Below are positions 53,669 to 62,893 of a stretch of DNA of 64,000 nucleotides, piece after piece. The stretch is from the NCBI GenBank assembly GCA_963793865.1, contig CAWCBP010000014.1:275069-339068 (forward strand), given 5' to 3'. This DNA is from an uncultured delta proteobacterium (lineage in GTDB: Bacteria; Desulfobacterota; WTBG01). The first letter of the stretch is position 1, and each line of letters opens with the position of its first letter. The notes under the pieces were generated by a model that was given only the letters and a program-made list of their open reading frames with translations, was not told the origin of the DNA and did not search any database. Both the position numbers and the translations under genes were made by a program.

Positions 53669-55831
53669 CTATTGGCTTCTAATCTCCTCAATCTTCTTCC
53701 TGACGGAGGCGGCCTGGGGAAAGTTCGGCTCGATCTCTAAAGCCCTCTCGAAGTGGTAGAGGGCTTTTTGGCTGTCTTTCTTCTGATAGAGATAGATGAT
53801 GGCGATGTTCAGGTGGGGGATGGCCAGGTTTGGATGGAGCTCGATGGTTTTGCTGAACGCCGCGATTGCATTGTCGTACTCACCCTTATCCTTGTATGCC
53901 TTCCCCAGGTTGTTCAAGGCTTCCGCGGAATCGGGCTTGATCTGCAGCGCTTTCTGGAATTGATCAATGGCGCTGTCAAATTGCTTCGTGCTGTTGTAAA
54001 CAGTGCCCAGGTTGCAGCGGACTTCCGCTGAATCGGGCTGGACGCGCAGTGCCTGGCTGAATTCCGCGATTGCTTCCGCGTATCTTCCCTGGCTTTGGTA
54101 CCAGACCCCCAAATTGTTGCGTGCCTCCACATTGTCGGGATCAATGCTCAGCGCCTTGCTGAACTGCTCCCGGGCCGGCTCCAGCTTGCCCGTTTTCTGA
54201 AGCACCACGCCCAGATTGTTATGAATCTCCGGCGAGCGCGGTTTTTTTCTTAAGACCAGCTCATAAAACCAGATGGCGCTGTTATAGCTGCCCTGTCTTT
54301 CAAGTGCGTTGGCCAGATTGTAGAGCGGGTCGTAGTACCGATTGTTAAGCTTAAACGCTTTTATGAACGAGGCAATAGCCCGCGGCTGATCACCCAGGGC
54401 TGAGAAAACCAGCCCCAGGTTATTATAGGGCTCGGCGTAGCCGGGCTTTATCCCGGTGGCTGCGGTTAAGTGGGTCATCGCCTCAGGGTATTGTTTCCGG
54501 TTGAGATAATAAAATCCGAGATTGTTCTGCGCCCGGGCACAGCGGGGGACGGTCTTAACTGTTGCTCCCCAGAGTGTCATGCCGTCCTTCCAGTCCCGGT
54601 TTCGGTCAATGGTTCTGAGCGAAAAAAGGGTTATGATGAGGAACAGGCAGGAGGCGGTGACTGCGGCATATCGTTTGTCCGTAAGCAGCGGGGTCAGGAG
54701 AAGGGCTGTAATAAGGCAGAAGCCGTATGACGGGAGATACAGGTAGTGCTCGGCCAGCAGCTCGTGGTGGGGGATAATGTGGCACACGGGAAGCAGCGTG
54801 ACAAAAAACCACGCGCCCCCAAAGGTAATCCACCTGTTCCGGGGGAGCATCTTCACCAGCAGCACGACAAGGAGGAGCAGGATTATCAAGGAGCAGAAGG
54901 TTTGCCATTCCAGTAAGGAGTAGGAAAGGGGAAAGGCGTCGTAGGAATAGTCCGCTACGAGTTTGATGGGAAAGAGCAGGAGTTTTATGTAGTGAACGAG
55001 AATCTTTCCCACGGTAAGAAAGGTGACCGCCATGCTGCCGCCGTAATAGCCCTCCTGGTGAGATGAGGGGTAAATAAATATTTTATACACACTGAAACAA
55101 AGCGCGCACAGGGAAAAGATGCCGTAAAAATATTTGTGCCGGCGGACCGTGTGCTTAAGGGCAGTACCCGCTTGTTTCATGCAGAGTCCGGTTGAACTGG
55201 TGCCTGTTTGAGGCAATTGATTGAAGACATCGTACATCAGGAACACGATGGGCAGCGTAACCCCCATTTCCTTGGAGCCTATACTCAGGAGGTAGAAGAA
55301 CAAGGCCGGCAGTAAATATATCAACCGGTTCTGCTTCCGGTACTTTATGAAGCACAGAAATCCCGCAAGATAAAACAGGGTGAAGAGGATGTCCCGCCTG
55401 CCCGACAGGTAGGAGACCGAATCGGTGTGTACGGGATGAACAGCAAATATGAGCGCCGCGACCAGCGCGGTGGTTTTTTGCGGAATGAGGGACAGGGTGA
55501 CCAGGTACACCAGAAGGGCGGTGAGGGCGTGATAGATGATATTGGAGACGTGGTAGCTTACCGGACCGGTGCCGGAAAACCGGTAGTCAATGGCATAGGA
55601 GAGGGTCCGTATGGGCCGGTAACCATATTTTTGGATGAATAGATTTGCGATTTCATAGAAGCTGTCAAGTTCAGGAACCGTTTTGCTGCCCCAGATGAGA
55701 GGCATGTCGTCAAAGACAAAATCATTGTGGAGGGTGTTCCAGTAGATGCTGCAGGGAAGCAGCAACAGCAGAAATAGTACAACAGCGGTATAAAGCTTTT
55801 TTCTCGCAATAGTATTCTTTTGTTCGCGCAT
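53669..55831 (-). CDS. TMTC-like GT-C membrane glycosyltransferase with DUF1736 and TPR repeats
   Basis: FVFDD loop, YRPIRTLSY, HPVHTDSV...GRRD, FPIKLVADY, EHYLYLP, followed by about eight NNLG-type TPRs. Confidence 0.87.
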   Translation of the reverse strand: MREQKNTIARKKLYTAVVLFLLLLLPCSIYWNTLHNDFVFDDMPLIWGSKTVPELDSFYEIANLFIQKYGYRPIRTLSYAIDYRFSGTGPVSYHVSNIIYHALTALLVYLVTLSLIPQKTTALVAALIFAVHPVHTDSVSYLSGRRDILFTLFYLAGFLCFIKYRKQNRLIYLLPALFFYLLSIGSKEMGVTLPIVFLMYDVFNQLPQTGTSSTGLCMKQAGTALKHTVRRHKYFYGIFSLCALCFSVYKIFIYPSSHQEGYYGGSMAVTFLTVGKILVHYIKLLLFPIKLVADYSYDAFPLSYSLLEWQTFCSLIILLLLVVLLVKMLPRNRWITFGGAWFFVTLLPVCHIIPHHELLAEHYLYLPSYGFCLITALLLTPLLTDKRYAAVTASCLFLIITLFSLRTIDRNRDWKDGMTLWGATVKTVPRCARAQNNLGFYYLNRKQYPEAMTHLTAATGIKPGYAEPYNNLGLVFSALGDQPRAIASFIKAFKLNNRYYDPLYNLANALERQGSYNSAIWFYELVLRKKPRSPEIHNNLGVVLQKTGKLEPAREQFSKALSIDPDNVEARNNLGVWYQSQGRYAEAIAEFSQALRVQPDSAEVRCNLGTVYNSTKQFDSAIDQFQKALQIKPDSAEALNNLGKAYKDKGEYDNAIAAFSKTIELHPNLAIPHLNIAIIYLYQKKDSQKALYHFERALEIEPNFPQAASVRKKIEEIRSQ

Positions 55832-55841
55832 GGTTAAAAAA

Positions 55842-55876
55842 CAAAAAACCTGCCGTGCAGCAAGGCAGGTTTTTTG
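55842..55876 (-). terminator. Rho-independent terminator
   Basis: CAAAAAACCTGCC-9 nt-GGCAGGTTTTTTG, with A/T tracts on both sides. Confidence 0.8.
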
Positions 55877-55899
55877 CAGTAATGGTATCTAAGTGATTG

Positions 55900-56376
55900 T
55901 CATTGACCAATAGCCAGGTTGTAGCTTGCTCCGCCGTCCTCAGGAAATACGGTAAAGAAAACGGTGGACAATACCAGCCCGAAACCTCTGTCATCGGTTA
56001 AATCAATCGTAGCTCTCGGGCCTGACCATGGCACCAGCCCATAGCTGAAATCCACCAGGGTCCTGCTTCTATACCCGATTAACATAACAGTCCACCATCC
56101 CATCGTATTGGGTGTAAGTCCGGCCAGCCCTGCTCCAATGCTTTTGTTGCCAATGGAGGTTACAAAAACTGAATGAAAGCCAAACGGCGCGGTCTGCGAG
56201 ACACTCAGCGTGGCGGATTGACCCTGCAGCAGGGTGATAATATCATAAGTCTGATCCGGTGCTATATCCTCAGTTTCCTGGGCGGCAACTGCCGTCACGC
56301 CAAGAAAAGCTCCAAAGGCAATGATCAAGAACGCGCTCACTGCTAATACAAACTTTTCTCCGAGAATCCTTTTCAT
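55900..56376 (-). CDS. Hypothetical exported protein
   Basis: AAGGAGGT RBS, signal peptide ending VAA-Q, beta-rich mature part, terminator downstream. Confidence 0.75.
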   Translation of the reverse strand: MKRILGEKFVLAVSAFLIIAFGAFLGVTAVAAQETEDIAPDQTYDIITLLQGQSATLSVSQTAPFGFHSVFVTSIGNKSIGAGLAGLTPNTMGWWTVMLIGYRSRTLVDFSYGLVPWSGPRATIDLTDDRGFGLVLSTVFFTVFPEDGGASYNLAIGQ

Positions 56377-56595
56377 TGCAACCTCCTTTTCAAGTTAAAT
56401 AAGATATCTATTCAGGGAATGGATTTTCAATACTTTTATCTTCTAACAATATTAGGTTTATTTGTCAAATAAAAAATATATCTTTTTTGCCTGACCGGTC
56501 CTTCTTGGAAAATGCTTGACAGAAGTGTTATTGATGTGATATCAGTTGAGAAAAATTAAGGTATTTTTAACGCGGAGCTCATAGAAAAAGGAGGT

Positions 56596-57318
56596 ATGGT
56601 GATGAAAAAGGTTCTTTGCGCTGTGTTTGGTGTTGCATTATGTGTGGCGGTTGTTTTTATGCTTCCCCAAGGTAGTATGGCCCGGCCCTTTGTCGATCAG
56701 ACCTTCTGCATGAACGCCCAGTGCCATGTGCTCTCCACATTGCAGGCGCAGCATCAGGGTGATTGTACCATTTGCCATTCAGAACCGGAACCCCAGGTTG
56801 TCTATTCCGATGTCTGTGCGCAGTGCCACCCGGTTAGCGATGCCTCCCAATGCAATTTGATCCGCTTGCACGATGATGTGCCTCCGGAACCGCCCGTGAC
56901 CTTTAACGGTCTGTATTGCATCGATTGCCATCTTAACTGCCAGGGAACGGGACCGGGACCGGACCCGGGGGGACCATGCAGCATTAATGTTTTACAAGAC
57001 CAGATTGCCCGGTCACGGTGGTTCCCGCTCCCTGCGAGCATAATGGTAGTCGGAAACGAAACTGATTTTAAGCAGTTCGGTACCCAGGTCCAGTTTGAGC
57101 CGGAGCAATCGGCGATTTCGATAATACGGCTGGGCGCCATCACCCTTCCATCCGTTCAAACCATCCAGCAATTTGTTTTAATAATGCCCTCTATTCTCAC
57201 CGGAGTCGGGGCGGATGGCGAGAGTGAAACTGTAACCGTTAAAGTTACCAATGGCGGCTGTGATGTAGCGTTAGATACATTTGAATTGCAGATGCTTCCC
57301 TTCAGCCTGGACAAATAG
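56596..57318 (+). CDS. Small exported multiheme cytochrome c with a C-terminal beta-rich domain
   Basis: AAGGAGGT RBS, signal peptide, CTICH, CAQCH, CIDCH plus CMNAQCH (CX4CH), Gly/Pro linker. Confidence 0.75.
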   Translation: MVMKKVLCAVFGVALCVAVVFMLPQGSMARPFVDQTFCMNAQCHVLSTLQAQHQGDCTICHSEPEPQVVYSDVCAQCHPVSDASQCNLIRLHDDVPPEPPVTFNGLYCIDCHLNCQGTGPGPDPGGPCSINVLQDQIARSRWFPLPASIMVVGNETDFKQFGTQVQFEPEQSAISIIRLGAITLPSVQTIQQFVLIMPSILTGVGADGESETVTVKVTNGGCDVALDTFELQMLPFSLDK

Positions 57319-57353
57319 CATTCTGCCGCCAGGGGTCGTTTTAAAAATTACGA

Positions 57354-57392
57354 GAGCCCGATGGTCTTGCGACCGCCGGGCTCTTGCTGTTT
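57354..57392 (+). terminator. Probable terminator
   Basis: GAGCCCG...CGGGCTC stem followed by TTGCTGTTT. Confidence 0.5.
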
Positions 57393-57423
57393 ATGAATAT
57401 TAAACCTGAAAGCAGGTTTTTTA

Positions 57424-57451
57424 GTAGGGGCGACCGGCCGGTCGCCCCTAC
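57424..57451. repeat. REP family B copy
   Basis: Perfect GTAGGGGCGACCGGCCGGTCGCCCCTAC. Confidence 0.9.
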
Positions 57452-57481
57452 ATGTGGTTTATACCTGGATATGTACTGCAG

Positions 57482-57521
57482 GGATGAGCGTAACGCAGTA
57501 GATGGGTTTTTCAACAGCCTG
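57482..57521 (-). mobile_element. Partial copy of the MITE-like element at 62750
   Basis: Its reverse complement CAGGCTGTTGAAAAACCCATCTACTGCGTTACGCTCATCC matches the left end of 62750-62876. Confidence 0.6.
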
Positions 57522-58313
57522 TCAGTCTTTTCGATCCCACTGCTGATATATCCCGAACTTCTCGGCTGAAAGATTGGTGTCAAAGTAAACGGCGCTGGTG
57601 GGCCTGATCCGCACCACGTCGAAGCGAAGGGCCGCCCGCTGAGGCGTGACCCGCACCGGCTTGTATTTTTCGACCAGCCTCTCAAACTGCGGGTCGCCGG
57701 GCGGAATGACCTGCGCGTTTCCCCGCATCTGAACGCTCATCCACTGCTGCTTGGCGCCCTTATTTTGCTGTGCCTCGGCAACTGTCCATCCTGCATAGTG
57801 AACGGCGCAGATTCGCGGATTCTGCTTTATTTGCATGAGCTTTTCGGTGCCCTTTTCGCACAAAACGTAGAGGCACTTTTCCTCCCGGTCCAGGACCATG
57901 TCAACGGTGGTGGCGGTGGGCTCATTATTGAAAACCGTGGTGAGCACAAACCGCTCGCGCCCCGGTAAAAATGCCTCGATCTTCTTCCACACCTCGTCGT
58001 TGGAGAGCCGGGGATAATTCATCATAAACTGTTTTGTTGAAGAGGTGACGGCGTCAAAGGTGACCTGGTGGCATTCCACACAGACCATCCCGCGTCCGTA
58101 CGGGGGATGATCCGGTGTCACTACTTGGTCTGCCTTGATGGGACCGCCTTCTATGACCACGGCCTCGACCCCCATTTCTCCAGCGCCCACGCTGACGGCT
58201 TTGGGCGCGGGTTTTCCTGCCGGGGCTTCACCCGATCCCACGGTTATTGCGGGGAAAAATAAGAGTGAAATGAGCAATAAAAGCTTTGTTGAGAGCATTT
58301 GTCCTTTTTTCAT
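57522..58313 (-). CDS. Exported pyridoxamine-5'-phosphate-oxidase-like (split barrel) protein with a CxxCH motif
   Basis: GAGGAGG RBS, signal peptide, CVECH, then VLTTV...P, K...IKQNPRI and SVQMRGNA segments typical of the fold. Confidence 0.72.
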   Translation of the reverse strand: MKKGQMLSTKLLLLISLLFFPAITVGSGEAPAGKPAPKAVSVGAGEMGVEAVVIEGGPIKADQVVTPDHPPYGRGMVCVECHQVTFDAVTSSTKQFMMNYPRLSNDEVWKKIEAFLPGRERFVLTTVFNNEPTATTVDMVLDREEKCLYVLCEKGTEKLMQIKQNPRICAVHYAGWTVAEAQQNKGAKQQWMSVQMRGNAQVIPPGDPQFERLVEKYKPVRVTPQRAALRFDVVRIRPTSAVYFDTNLSAEKFGIYQQWDRKD

Positions 58314-58417
58314 GTTGATTGTGTCCTCCTCTGTGATGTTATGAACTGTTGCAGTCGGGATAGTAATGCAGTGCTTCATAAATCCATTTCATTCAGTATG
58401 AGCATAGGGTCTGTTTC

Positions 58418-58445
58418 GTAGGGGCGACCGGCCGGTCGCCCTTAC
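58418..58445. repeat. REP family B copy
   Basis: GTAGGGGCGACCGGCCGGTCGCCCTTAC. Confidence 0.88.
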
Positions 58446-58613
58446 CTGTGTATAAGACGTCCAACACTAGCAGAGTTGAAAAAAAAACTAAAGCAAAGAT
58501 ATCATTTCTCCCGCGAAACATCTCCTTCTTGCGCCGCGGCAGGTTCTTGTGCTATATATCTGCGTCTCATCGCGATGAAACCGGTAACAATGATTAAAAG
58601 GGAGGAGCAGCAT

Positions 58614-59549
58614 ATGAAGCGAACAATATGGTTAATGGGAGGAACAGTGCTTGCCGTTTCTGTCTTCGTGCTGCTCATGTCAGCTGGCATTCCCGATTCG
58701 CTGATGGAAATTCTGGGTCTCTCTTTTCCGTTCATGCTGGGACACACCCTCTGGATCCAGTCGTCCATCGGCTACAACATCCTCCCCGGGCGTAAAACAA
58801 ATTTCTTCTTCGGCTGGGGGCACCACCTGCCGGTGCATGATCCTATTTGTTCTCTTGGCAAGCAATGGGTTAAGGAATACACCGTGCACGAGCCTGATGG
58901 CACCATCATTCACGAGTGCATCGATGGGGAGAAAAACGGGGGATTCGTTAGCATACCCTACCTGTGCACGAAGGAGGGTACCTACCGGCTCGCATCGCAC
59001 ATTCCAACCGGTTATTATACCATTTACCAGACTAAGAACGGCGAATGGCACCACTTTACCGAACCGCTGGATACCATGGAGCATCCCGAAGAGGTGGAAA
59101 AGATCCTCATTTCCCTCCGCTACTGGGAGTGGACCAAGGCCATCATGACCGTAGGGAAGCCGGACGCCAATGCCCTTAAACCGCTGGGCCAGGAAATGGA
59201 AATCATGCTCGATAAAAATCCGGTTGAATACAAAACGGGCGATACCGTCCATTTTACCGTTTTCAAGGACGGAAAGCTCCTGACCGAGCCGGGCGGATCA
59301 TTCTGCGCGCAGGACCAGGGGCGCTCTTCCGGCTTTGACGACTTCCTCTATGACAAGGAGCCGCTAAATGAAGACGGTACAGGCAGCTTTAGAATCACCC
59401 GCCCGGCCGTCTGGCACTTAAAGGTCCAGTGGGGCTATCCAGCGCCCAAGGAGTATGAAGACAAGTGCTGGATTTTCGGTTATATCTGCTCCATTACCTT
59501 CCAGGTTGACCCTGAGTGGGGCATCAGGAACCCGTCATACACGCTGTGA
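58614..59549 (+). CDS. DUF4198-like periplasmic protein (associated with Ni/Co uptake)
   Basis: HTLWI motif after a hydrophobic leader, GWGHH, TKA, KPLGQEMEI, GDTVHFTV..DGK, DGTGSF. Confidence 0.72.
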   Translation: MKRTIWLMGGTVLAVSVFVLLMSAGIPDSLMEILGLSFPFMLGHTLWIQSSIGYNILPGRKTNFFFGWGHHLPVHDPICSLGKQWVKEYTVHEPDGTIIHECIDGEKNGGFVSIPYLCTKEGTYRLASHIPTGYYTIYQTKNGEWHHFTEPLDTMEHPEEVEKILISLRYWEWTKAIMTVGKPDANALKPLGQEMEIMLDKNPVEYKTGDTVHFTVFKDGKLLTEPGGSFCAQDQGRSSGFDDFLYDKEPLNEDGTGSFRITRPAVWHLKVQWGYPAPKEYEDKCWIFGYICSITFQVDPEWGIRNPSYTL

Positions 59550-59575
59550 AGGCGGGATAGTCTTTATCCAAAATG

Positions 59576-59754
59576 GGATTGCCGCACTTCGCTCGCAATG
59601 ACAAATCAAGCAGTGTCAAACTCATAAGGTCATTGCGAGGAGCAGAGGCGACGAAGCAATCTCATGCTGTAATCGCAGGTAACAGGCGGACGCGACGGAG
59701 CGCGTCCCTCCACATATTGTCCAAATGTAGAGGCGACCGGCCGGTCGCCGCTAC
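59576..59754. repeat. Composite REP cluster (two family C arms, a GGACGCG/CGCGTCC hairpin and a family B copy)
   Basis: GATTGCC..CTCGCAATGAC; GTCATTGCGAGGAGC..GACGAAGCAATC; GGACGCGACGGAGCGCGTCC; GTAGAGGCGACCGGCCGGTCGCCGCTAC. Confidence 0.8.
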
Positions 59755-59893
59755 ATAGAACATATTTTAAATCAGGTTTCTAATATCATTCCTATGCTCA
59801 AAAAACCTCTTCCCTTTTCATGGAAAAGCTAGTATATGGTTTGTGCCCGATTTCAGGGTGCAAAGCAGATGGTGGTGACTGAACGGAGGTAGC

Positions 59894-61783
59894 GTGTCTT
59901 CTGATTTCAAGCTGAAGGGATATTGCGGTGCGTTGCTGCGGATAAACCTGACCAGCGGCAAGGTGGCGGTCGAGCCCTTGAAAGAGGAGTGGGCGGAGAA
60001 ATATCTGGGCGGCGCCGGCCTTGCCTCACGCATTCTCTATGATGAGTTGAAGCCGGGGATTGACGCCTTCAGCCCCGAGAATAAAACGCTTATCATGTCC
60101 GGGCCGGTCAACGGGACCATGATCCCCACCGCCTCGCGCGTGGGGGCCTATTGCAAGTCTCCGCTCACCGGGTCCTTCTTTCACGGTACTGCCGGAGGGC
60201 ATTTCGGCGCGGAGCTCAAGTACGCGGGGTATGACGGGGTCATCATTGAGGGCCGCGCATCATCGCCGGTGTATATCTTTATCGATGATGACCAGGTGGA
60301 GTTGCGCGACGCCACGCACCTCTGGGGCATGAACAGCTATGATACCCAGGAGAAGCTGAAGGAAGAGCTGGGGCTGGACGAGATTCACGCCGCCAGCATC
60401 GGGCCCGCCGGGGAGATGCTCAACCGCTTTGCCTGCATAACCTTCGGCTGCCGGGTCACCGGCAGGGGCGGGACCGGCGCGGTGTGGGGTTCGAAGAAAC
60501 TGAAGGCGGTGGTGGTACGGGGCACCGGATCGGTTGAGGTGCCGGACATCGGCAGGTTCAAGCAGTTTGCCGATGAGCTGCTCGGTGTTTTCAGGACCCA
60601 CCCGGCGACGTCGCAGATACTTCCCACCTATGGCACACCGGTGCTGGTGAATGCCAACAATGCCCTGGGTGTTTTCGGCAGTTACAACTGGCGTGAGGAG
60701 GTGTTTGACAACGCGCAGGGGTTGAGCGGCGAAACCATGAAAAAGACCATCTGGGTCAAGGACAAGGCCTGCTTTGCCTGCCCGGTGCGCAGCAGCAAGT
60801 TCTGTATCGTCAAAACCAAGAAGGACGGCACCTGCCTGGTTGAAGGACCGGAGTATGAGAATATTTATTCCCTGGGGTCCTGCTGCGGAGTTGACTCCAT
60901 CAAGGCGGTGGCCCGGGCCGAGCGCATCTGTGATGACTACGGGATGGACGCCATCGAAGCCGGGGTGGCTGTGGCCTTTGCCATGGAGTGCTTTGAAAAG
61001 GGTCTCCTCTCGCTGGAGGAAACCGAGGGCATTGACCTGCGCTTCGGCAGTGAAGAGGTGATGCTGACCATGATTCATAAAATCGGGAGGCGGGAGGGGC
61101 TGGGAAACCTGCTTGCCGAGGGGGTTAAGCGGACCTCGGAGAAGATCGGCCGGGGGTCCGAGGATTTTGCCATGCACACCAAGGGCATGACCTTTGCCGG
61201 CCATTCGGCGCGGGGGATGCCCGGATTCGGTCTCGGTTACGCGACCGGTCCCCGCGGGGGGAGCCACCACGACGGGCGCCCCACGGGCGAGCGCACGGGC
61301 CTGGTCCCGCGGGACACCTTTGAGGGAAAAGGCGAGTACACGGCGCGCGTCAACCATATGACCATCTACACCGATTCCATGATCGTCTGCCACCTGGCGG
61401 AATCCATCTGGGGACCGCTGGATATATCAAACTGGTGTGTACGATCGGTCAACGCCGCGACCGGCATGGGGTGCTCCCTCGATGATGCCAAAAAGACGGC
61501 GGAGAGGATCTGGAACATGATGCGGGCCTTCATGGTGCGGGAAGGCTTCCGCCGAAAGGATGACAAGCTGCCCAGGCGGTTCATGGAGGAGCCCATTCCC
61601 CGCGGGCCGTCGAAGGGAATGATGATCAGCAGGGAAAATCTGGACACAATGCTGGATGAATATTACAGCTTCCGGGGATGGGACCTCAAGACGGGCATTC
61701 CCACGCCTGAACGGTTGGTGAACCTGGGACTGGAGGATGTTGCCGCCGACATGAAGCGCTACCTCGAAGCTGAGCGGAGATAG
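59894..61783 (+). CDS. aor: Tungsten/molybdopterin aldehyde:ferredoxin oxidoreductase (AOR/WOR family)
   Basis: KSPLTG, GRGGTGAVWGSKKLKA, CFACPVRS, GPEYE, CDDYGMD, EGVKR, YYSFRGWD...GIP. Confidence 0.93.
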   Translation: MSSDFKLKGYCGALLRINLTSGKVAVEPLKEEWAEKYLGGAGLASRILYDELKPGIDAFSPENKTLIMSGPVNGTMIPTASRVGAYCKSPLTGSFFHGTAGGHFGAELKYAGYDGVIIEGRASSPVYIFIDDDQVELRDATHLWGMNSYDTQEKLKEELGLDEIHAASIGPAGEMLNRFACITFGCRVTGRGGTGAVWGSKKLKAVVVRGTGSVEVPDIGRFKQFADELLGVFRTHPATSQILPTYGTPVLVNANNALGVFGSYNWREEVFDNAQGLSGETMKKTIWVKDKACFACPVRSSKFCIVKTKKDGTCLVEGPEYENIYSLGSCCGVDSIKAVARAERICDDYGMDAIEAGVAVAFAMECFEKGLLSLEETEGIDLRFGSEEVMLTMIHKIGRREGLGNLLAEGVKRTSEKIGRGSEDFAMHTKGMTFAGHSARGMPGFGLGYATGPRGGSHHDGRPTGERTGLVPRDTFEGKGEYTARVNHMTIYTDSMIVCHLAESIWGPLDISNWCVRSVNAATGMGCSLDDAKKTAERIWNMMRAFMVREGFRRKDDKLPRRFMEEPIPRGPSKGMMISRENLDTMLDEYYSFRGWDLKTGIPTPERLVNLGLEDVAADMKRYLEAERR

Positions 61784-61816
61784 CAGAAGATTGAATACGA
61801 ACATAGATTTAAAATG

Positions 61817-61903
61817 CCCCTCACCCTAACCCTCTCCCCGGTGGGTAGAGGGGACTTATGTTAACCTCCTCTCCCTTGGGGGAGAGGATTGAGGTGAGGG
61901 GGG
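61817..61903. repeat. CCCCTCACCC/GGTGAGGGG-type palindromic repeat element
   Basis: CCCCTCACCCTAACCCTCTCCCC..AGAGGG plus the inverted partner CCTCTCCC..GGAGAGG..GGTGAGGGG. Confidence 0.75.
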
Positions 61904-61967
61904 AATGAAATATTGTGAAAATTATTTTCAGGCATCGTGGCGCCCAGACAGGGCATGAGGATTTTAG

Positions 61968-62744
61968 ATGAAACTTGACGAGACCATTATTTCAAGGGCG
62001 ATTATCGACAGGTTTACCGAAAAGCTGAAAGACTGCCTGCGCATTGACGTTGCCATCGTGGGAGGCGGTCCCGCGGGTCTGATGGCGGCGATGATCCTGG
62101 CCAAAAAGAAGAAGAAGGTTGCCCTCTTTGAGCGCAAGCTTTCCATTGGCGGCGGCATGTGGGGCGGGGGGATGATGTTTAACGAGGTGGTGGTGCAGGA
62201 GGAGGGGAAGCGAATTTTGCAGGCCCTCGGCATACGCCACCGCGCCTATCAGAAGGGATACTACACCGCCGACTCGATTGAAACCGTTTCCACCCTCTGC
62301 TCGCAGGCCATGCGAGCCGGCGCGCGCATTTTCAACCTGATGAGCGTTGAGGACGTGATGGTGCGGGAGGGCAGGGTGACCGGCGTGGTGCTCAACTGGA
62401 CGGCGGTGGAGATGGCCAACCTGCACGTGGACCCGCTCTGCGTGGCGGCGAAGTACGTGGTTGATGCCACCGGCCATGCCACCGAGGTGATCAAGGTGAT
62501 CGAGCGCAAGGTGGGGGCCCACCTTTTCACCCAGACCGGCGGGGTGGTGGGAGAAAAATCCCTGTGGGCCGAGGTGGCCGAGACCGCGACCCTGGAAAAC
62601 ACGCGCGAGGTCTATCCCGGCGTGCTGGTGGCGGGCATGTCGGCCAATGCCACTTTCGGCAACCATCGCATGGGCCCGGTATTCGGCGGCATGCTGCTTT
62701 CCGGAGAAAAGGTGGCCGAACTCATCATAAAGGATATGAAGTAG
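61968..62744 (+). CDS. thi4: Sulfide-dependent adenosine diphosphate thiazole synthase (Thi4)
   Basis: [38 protein letters not shown]. Confidence 0.96.
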   Translation: MKLDETIISRAIIDRFTEKLKDCLRIDVAIVGGGPAGLMAAMILAKKKKKVALFERKLSIGGGMWGGGMMFNEVVVQEEGKRILQALGIRHRAYQKGYYTADSIETVSTLCSQAMRAGARIFNLMSVEDVMVREGRVTGVVLNWTAVEMANLHVDPLCVAAKYVVDATGHATEVIKVIERKVGAHLFTQTGGVVGEKSLWAEVAETATLENTREVYPGVLVAGMSANATFGNHRMGPVFGGMLLSGEKVAELIIKDMK

Positions 62745-62749
62745 CGCTA

Positions 62750-62876
62750 GCAGGCTGGTGAAAAACACCCATCTGCTGCGTTACGCTCATCCTTCGTCAT
62801 TGCAGCGTACCGGAAAGTACGCCTCATTCCTCAGGATTTCGCGTGCCTTGCATCTGGATGTTTTTGACCAGCCTGC
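62750..62876. mobile_element. 127-bp MITE-like element with 18-bp terminal inverted repeats
   Basis: GCAGGCTGGTGAAAAACA ... TGTTTTTGACCAGCCTGC (17/18 match), internal GCGTAC..GTACGC hairpin; partial second copy at 57482. Confidence 0.65.
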
Positions 62877-62893
62877 GAAAAATTACTTAACGG

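Noticed and set aside
28247..61393. Long antisense ORFs (e.g. 28247-29398, 31404-32699, 40778-41749, 42653-43633, 60260-61393)
   Set aside because: Shadow frames of GC-rich genuine genes with no recognisable motifs.
61783..61967. TPP riboswitch before thi4
   Set aside because: No CTGAGA/ACCTGA core; the gap is occupied by a palindromic repeat.
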